From a virus (Duplodnaviria > Caudoviricetes), in the IMG/VR virus record IMGVR_UViG_3300028797_000135, positions 35,065 through 99,064 of that record: a stretch of DNA of 64,000 nucleotides. One strand, 5' to 3'. Of this stretch, positions 59,401 through 64,000 are shown in pieces. The notes beneath the pieces are model-generated. The model was given only the letters and a program-made list of their open reading frames with translations, did not search any database and was not told the origin of the DNA. How positions within the stretch are numbered: position 1 is the first letter of the stretch; each line of letters starts with the position of its first letter. Made by a program: the position numbers and the translations under genes.

Positions 59401-61649
59401 TTCAATTCGCTTTCACTTTCCGAACCAGAAATAGGTTTCACCACACGATACACAGACTTTGTCTCAGGCCAGTAAAGCAACGTACCCGTATTGTAACCAT
59501 GCCCATTCTCATATTTTACAATACGCACAACAACATCATATTCATCCTTGTACGCACACTTCAATACATAGGAACCATCGGACGGGACCCAGTAATCTGC
59601 GGTGAAGATGTCATCGTAGCGATACTTGCATTTAGCCTCATGTGCAGTTGCATCAACTTCTCCAAGAACCGCCCTCGACTTGTCATCTGGACCCTTCAAG
59701 AATGCAATCTCAAAGCATCCGTTATCAAGCACAGGTATGTCCTTGTCAAACCATACGTGATACTTAGCGCCAGCAGGGTCCATCAAAGTAACGTTCTGAA
59801 TTGTATACAGGCCGCTTACCGCCGTTCGAGTAAGACCATCTGTGCCAAGTTCAATCTTGCTCAGTAGGCAAAAATCTCCCACGTCAGGGCTAACGTCACT
59901 GTACATTATCATATCGCTATAATCAGGGTCATTCGTATATGTTCCCATAGCGGCATCCATTGCGTACACATCAACCACGAGGGATTTTGCGTCGGCAATA
60001 GGTACAATGCTTCCTAGCGAAGGGAATTTCAACTGGGCGTTACCATTCAGTTTCCTGAAATACGAACGTCCAGCAGATACGGAATAACTTGCCAACGGAT
60101 TGTCGAACACATCGTCAAAGGCATTCTTCCAATCCGTTGATTCAGAACCGTCGTAGCGATATTCGAAATAATAGTGTCCACCAGCCTCGATTGCAATGCT
60201 CTCTGGAATATCAACAAAGTTCTTTGGCTTAACATTGATGTATCTGCTCGAATCGTTAGGGTCTTCCACAAAGCTGTACATATTCTCGAAACGAAGTTCA
60301 CCAATCTTTTTGTTGGCCCTAGTCGTGTACGGATATACAGTATCACCTTCCTTTACCTTGTCGTCATTAACGGAAGCATCATGGTCCCATATAATTTTCG
60401 AGGTTACCTGAGAATAGTCGTAGCCAAGGCGAGAATACGACAAAGCATACTTGTACAGCCTGTTTGGCATAGTCATGTATTTTACACGAGACATGCCAGG
60501 AGTCAGGTCTATCGCCTGTCTGAACCTTATCTTCAATACATTTCCGCACGGTTCAGTTTCTAGCGTGTACGCACCCGCAAGAGTTACGTCATGAATGTCA
60601 CTCGTGCCGATAACCTCGTTGCTTTCAATCATAAACGTTTCGCCAGCATTGAGGTTAACCACAGTGGATAGAGTCAGATAACCGAGTTTAGCCACTGACG
60701 GGTTCTGCTCGGTCGGGATAAACTCAATCTTTTCAATCCTGTATTCTTGATAGATGTATGAATTTTCCCCGTTAAGGAACTCATACAAGTCCTTGAAGTA
60801 GAATACTCCTGTCGGGGTATCTCCATTCCAGTTAAAGATAGGAGAATGTGTTGCATTGTCCACGCACACGAAAGAAGTCGTGTCGTTAAGGTATGTGTAC
60901 AAATCGACATCTATCGTATCAGAGCCGATTTCCTCCCTGTATTTCGACGGGGCATTCTCCACTTCGTTAATCGTTACATCGAACTTGATGCTGTAAACAT
61001 TGGCGTTGTTAATCTGTCCTACAAAGGAAACTATCGGCTCGCTGACATCCTTCGGAATGAACTTAATCACACGAGGGGCGCCATTCATCATCGCATTGAG
61101 CGTATTCTTGAACGGGTCCTGAGAAGTTCTCATCGGGTCGAGAACCAACAGGTTATCAGCCTTGTTGATATAATACGGATAAACGCTATTATCCTTGTAC
61201 TGGATATAGATTACGTCACCGTCGTTCGACGGGTCGTTCGGCATCCTGTTCTTGAACACATCCAGCGGGATGGTTTCACTGAACTCTCCTTCATAGTAAA
61301 TGTTGTTCTTGATGTATGTCAGAGCCTCTGTCGTGTTGTACGTTGCATTCGTTCTAGGCAATGACAAGTAGTACACATAAAGATTGTTATTGTCGCAGGC
61401 AGTAAGCTTTTTCACGAGCTCATCAATACGGTTCTTCATGTTCTTAGCCGTACTCTCGGTCGCAAAAAAGTTGAACGTAAACCGTGTAGAATCTTCAAGG
61501 TTCCTGTAAGCGTTGTTCAGGTAGTCACTGAACAGCTGCATAAGGGTAACAACGTCCTCTTCTTCCTTCAAGAAGTCGGGGACGTAGTTCATGAAATCTA
61601 CAAAGCGGAATAGTCCGCCATCATTTACTGCAATAGGATTCTTTGCCAT
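56496..61649 (-). CDS. baseplate wedge protein, gp7/tail-protein-I-like, with large insertions
   Basis: N-terminal YVPDFLKEE..LFSDYLN; C-terminal LIGYLARFMGYD..PQYYTLGGTKPGLEMLMETFG..KCFKPIQV; internal H(G/N)x-type beta repeats; follows gp6. Confidence 0.65.
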   Translation of the reverse strand: MAKNPIAVNDGGLFRFVDFMNYVPDFLKEEEDVVTLMQLFSDYLNNAYRNLEDSTRFTFNFFATESTAKNMKNRIDELVKKLTACDNNNLYVYYLSLPRTNATYNTTEALTYIKNNIYYEGEFSETIPLDVFKNRMPNDPSNDGDVIYIQYKDNSVYPYYINKADNLLVLDPMRTSQDPFKNTLNAMMNGAPRVIKFIPKDVSEPIVSFVGQINNANVYSIKFDVTINEVENAPSKYREEIGSDTIDVDLYTYLNDTTSFVCVDNATHSPIFNWNGDTPTGVFYFKDLYEFLNGENSYIYQEYRIEKIEFIPTEQNPSVAKLGYLTLSTVVNLNAGETFMIESNEVIGTSDIHDVTLAGAYTLETEPCGNVLKIRFRQAIDLTPGMSRVKYMTMPNRLYKYALSYSRLGYDYSQVTSKIIWDHDASVNDDKVKEGDTVYPYTTRANKKIGELRFENMYSFVEDPNDSSRYINVKPKNFVDIPESIAIEAGGHYYFEYRYDGSESTDWKNAFDDVFDNPLASYSVSAGRSYFRKLNGNAQLKFPSLGSIVPIADAKSLVVDVYAMDAAMGTYTNDPDYSDMIMYSDVSPDVGDFCLLSKIELGTDGLTRTAVSGLYTIQNVTLMDPAGAKYHVWFDKDIPVLDNGCFEIAFLKGPDDKSRAVLGEVDATAHEAKCKYRYDDIFTADYWVPSDGSYVLKCAYKDEYDVVVRIVKYENGHGYNTGTLLYWPETKSVYRVVKPISGSESESELKENGAVVPYMYTVADIARKPIYNEYMQGIFRTSQLDYGESVDVGQYDKLTDVVNRLFIEKADDNRLIFGWKDRDFLLNMATYNTSGKARTGFCEFYTTYDENDIVLKNMENYSVAKTIPGEGITLKGLSNTLEVTAENLTADATEAGTYVVRVKATKHNLPNNAKVRVTGAVSPYEMFDFNTPVNEFDTITVVDENEFTYIRHSDYDESNVTATGTAKITGYRDIYNPITRIDYYLNDQEGTKYKGGYLYIHTAYPHGYSIYTKVSVLNAPTNMDNAGWIDSVLGSKHKVDVVVDDYVYGIKLDAVHVPLAGSSWLHYETGSSSSSNPLENSYSMVSPEDGDVLNVDGQFYKVGIMDWVELSGDTIETPFYLYSHQNIMDISSTNPSSAKGDDNLIESITFDGYDTVTVVVHDRMDLVPKKSCVYIGQVYPLEFDGRFVVDTVVTPRMFTYKVVPNSIPESAGRAVNNCKMTCNEGKWFKYLVSEVTVNRKSVYEIFKYGTAIVDKIAGNVTLDYVETEIPHGYKEGTKIVIYKDDEYYNAEVLNVISEKAFRYKFADKTLSPIDVLGGYVFKGVYIPEQNHIDNVEPLGLYKQYLNCIEGEYDFEEGDLVFAYDNLNDDMPKRYIVKKGLWTPCSEKRIMKIKKLDVDRYHNNEWDGATVDEMIDEYVYHPYTYPEVERMMGEDIDNGISSYIMPFHIRSYNFSSPYVENLDSTEQPMPQFNSKHDYASVAPRYDMDEKFKGIPDMKYPLVEKLERLIYLRDANVIDYDLIGYLARFMGYDITDAKNDVDANRMYATREAREKAVRETVSNLPQYYTLGGTKPGLEMLMETFGLVAEVITMWTDVDRPYDELIEEDQVRIRENSDYEQGKISKWVPTPHVKVKFRSDANFDNGVVGDEKVSTLIKNIKCFKPIQVVFDDFIKYLDLPHGKIYVNKVSFVNTGKSDVNMNYNIDETEEAEMCGSIWDK

Positions 61650-61658
61650 TTTCGCCCC

Positions 61659-63998
61659 TTAGATTTCCCTGTCATAGGAAATCGTGATGTCCTCGGGATG
61701 TATCTCGCACTGGACAATTTCGTTGTCCATAGAATAGTTCGTGATGTTTCCGTCCTTGTCGATAAGGCTCTTTGCAACCTTGTACAGGAGGATATTGCGG
61801 ACAAGCTTCACATATTCCAATCCGTAGCGGATGTAATCGTACATGAAGTTTCCGTTCTGTTCATTCATCAAGGTGATAACGTCCGTGTCGATGAAGCCCA
61901 ACTTGTTTTCCTTCGTTATCGTCCAACCCTTGATGGCATCAATTACATCGTAATACCTGTTCGCACGTTCAAGGTCGCCAGTTCCACGAGCATTCTTGTA
62001 TGCGTCATAAACCGACTTGAACATGGATTGCATCAAAAGGTCCCAAATATATGCAACGAACTTGTCTACATCATCCTCGTTGATGCCATCTCTGATTACA
62101 TACTTTCCATCTACCGTCTGAGCCAGATACTGCTTGTAGTAAGCTGAAATCAGTCCAGCCGTTTTCGTCTGAGAAGGAACTGGGAATGTCAACGCTTCCG
62201 TAACGGAACTATGACCAGGTGCGTGATGGGTGTATGCAAGCGTTATATCGAATCCTTCCTTATTGATTGAACCCGATGTAATGTACTCGCTTGTCGCATC
62301 ACCCATCCATGTCAACTCGGTCAAATCCAAACCATCGTACATGTCGTTGGCCGCCTCGAATGTAACATTCACACCAGCAACCTCAGGGAAAGTATGGATT
62401 AGGGATGCAATCCTCGACCTGTAAATTCCAGTCTTGAAATCGGTATTGTCCTTGAGATACTTGTACACCGTATATTTCAGCTTTTCCTTGATGTCGCTGA
62501 AATTGTTACCACGATACAGGATAAGTTCAAGCTTGATGTTGTAGTTATGAACGACTGGGTAAACATACATGTGGTAACCTGCGCCAACCGTAATCATTCC
62601 ACGACGGTTCAAAGCCCTCATGATGCTATCAATTTCGCTACCCACCTCAACAAAGTCATACGGGGTAACCTTTGCACCGAACACGGTGTCAACATACGGA
62701 AGAGTAATGATGTCTTGGAACGACTGTCCCTTAGGTATTGCGTTAACCATGAGATTACGGTAGTACGCCTCACCCTTGTCACCTTCCTTAGCCAAGGCCT
62801 GCGCCACATAGGTAACTGCAGACTCCATAGCATCCCTGAACTTGTATGCACTTGTCTTGTCAGGCATTTTCTGGTTATCGTATTGCCAAATATACATCAA
62901 GCCATTCACCTTGAAACCAGAAAGGAAATACTCATCGGGTGCGGTAGGATAATACTTGTCGTCCTTCAACCTGTAAAGGTCCTTGATGGCTGTAAACCTG
63001 ACTTGGTTCATATACTTGATGTCAAGGGTTCCATCAGGAAGCTTCGTATTCAGAATGTCCTCGCCAAATGCAGTTGCATACTTGATGTCCGCATATCTGC
63101 TGAGGAATATCTGGTAACTCAGCTTGTTCACCAACCTATCCAAAGTGGCATAGATTGACGGGGCGTTATTCTTGATAGAATCGATGCTTTCGATGTCAAG
63201 GCCACCCCTAACGTCGCTAGTCAAAGCGAATTGCAGGTCATCCAGCTTGATATCGGACTCGTTTTCGTATTCGTTACGAATATGGATGTTAGACTTGTAC
63301 GGGTTAATCTTCGTTCCAACAACGTTGATGAGGTTGCCACGTTCACCGTTGGTGTAGAAGTAATGAACCTTCACTTCGCCGTAAGGAATAGCGGATTTCA
63401 AACCGTCGCCAAACCTTACCTGTACACTGCCGTCGTTTGCAGTTTCCAGCAAAACCGTATAGTTTGTCGTAGAGTTTTCACCTTCAACAAACTTTTCAAT
63501 GTCGTTTACCTTGTTTTCCAGAGCAGGGTCGATGAAACCTCTACGGGAAATTCTCCAGTAGATGTTTCCATTGATTGCATCCGTGCTATCAAAGTTATCT
63601 ACAAGGGAAGCATCAGTCGTGACGCTAGTAAAGGTATTCTTCCTGCTCTCAAACTTATGGTCTTCTGCATAGTTCGGGTCATTTTCCCCGAAATAGTCAC
63701 TAAATCCACCATCGACTAGATAGAAAGTCTGGTTCTGTGTGCCGTTGGACACAAAGACCGTTTCCTTGAAGTAACCCTCGGCACAAACGCAGTTTCCTGA
63801 TATCAGTTTCAAAAGGCCAGTTTCGTCAGGGTCGTTATTTCTGTCGTATTCCCATTCAGAATCGCTGACAGCAGTAAGAATGCTGCTTCCAATGCTGAAC
63901 TGCGTTCCCATCGGGATGAAAATCTTAATCTTGCCATACACGCCAGTCTTCTTGGTTTGTATAGCGAACGCCGCCTTTGCTGGAACAGGTCTACGGAT
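61659..63998 (-). CDS. baseplate wedge protein, T4 gp6-like (5' end outside the window)
   Basis: VRFGDG..AIP, YTNGERGN, GGLDIESIDSIKNNAPSIYATLDRLV; the frame stays open to the window edge. Confidence 0.85.
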   Translation of the reverse strand: MRRPVPAKAAFAIQTKKTGVYGKIKIFIPMGTQFSIGSSILTAVSDSEWEYDRNNDPDETGLLKLISGNCVCAEGYFKETVFVSNGTQNQTFYLVDGGFSDYFGENDPNYAEDHKFESRKNTFTSVTTDASLVDNFDSTDAINGNIYWRISRRGFIDPALENKVNDIEKFVEGENSTTNYTVLLETANDGSVQVRFGDGLKSAIPYGEVKVHYFYTNGERGNLINVVGTKINPYKSNIHIRNEYENESDIKLDDLQFALTSDVRGGLDIESIDSIKNNAPSIYATLDRLVNKLSYQIFLSRYADIKYATAFGEDILNTKLPDGTLDIKYMNQVRFTAIKDLYRLKDDKYYPTAPDEYFLSGFKVNGLMYIWQYDNQKMPDKTSAYKFRDAMESAVTYVAQALAKEGDKGEAYYRNLMVNAIPKGQSFQDIITLPYVDTVFGAKVTPYDFVEVGSEIDSIMRALNRRGMITVGAGYHMYVYPVVHNYNIKLELILYRGNNFSDIKEKLKYTVYKYLKDNTDFKTGIYRSRIASLIHTFPEVAGVNVTFEAANDMYDGLDLTELTWMGDATSEYITSGSINKEGFDITLAYTHHAPGHSSVTEALTFPVPSQTKTAGLISAYYKQYLAQTVDGKYVIRDGINEDDVDKFVAYIWDLLMQSMFKSVYDAYKNARGTGDLERANRYYDVIDAIKGWTITKENKLGFIDTDVITLMNEQNGNFMYDYIRYGLEYVKLVRNILLYKVAKSLIDKDGNITNYSMDNEIVQCEIHPEDITISYDREI

Positions 63999-64000
63999 GC

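Overview
This is a 64-kb segment of a large, T4-superfamily-like (myoviral, probably jumbo) phage genome read in the standard genetic code. It contains dispersed morphogenesis genes: gp14-like neck, gp67/gp21/gp22-like prohead core, protease and scaffold, gp5/gp7/gp6-like baseplate, fibre-like proteins and a (Gly-X-Thr)n collagen. It also has an amidase endolysin, host-takeover and auxiliary genes (IF-3, a sigma70-family factor, two Hsp20s, a DCC thiol protein, an SprT protease, a GNAT, glycosyltransferases) and many very large orphan proteins. Two patterns organise the window. (1) A 9-bp box, TATAAACT(A/G), sits just upstream of nearly every structural or orphan transcription unit (about 18 copies, twice as perfect bidirectional palindromes) and is a likely late promoter. 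(2) An ungapped ~28-aa N-terminal peptide, F-x3-[IVL]-x2-L-x-[LV]-x7-[IVL]-x2-[LI]-x4-[FL]-E, is shared by six otherwise unrelated proteins of 65-1385 aa, all under that promoter. This is the best candidate for an undescribed system: a portable capsid-loading or sorting leader, possibly cleaved by the prohead protease. Other notable items are a multi-hairpin leader with an anti-SD on an Hsp20 gene, two virion-associated peptidoglycan-hydrolase domains that lack their Zn ligands, candidate leaderless mRNAs alongside an AUG-start IF-3, and a multi-HTH/glycosyltransferase fusion. All family calls come from motif recognition by eye; no searches were run. The host is uncertain, with only a weak hint toward Fibrobacterota.
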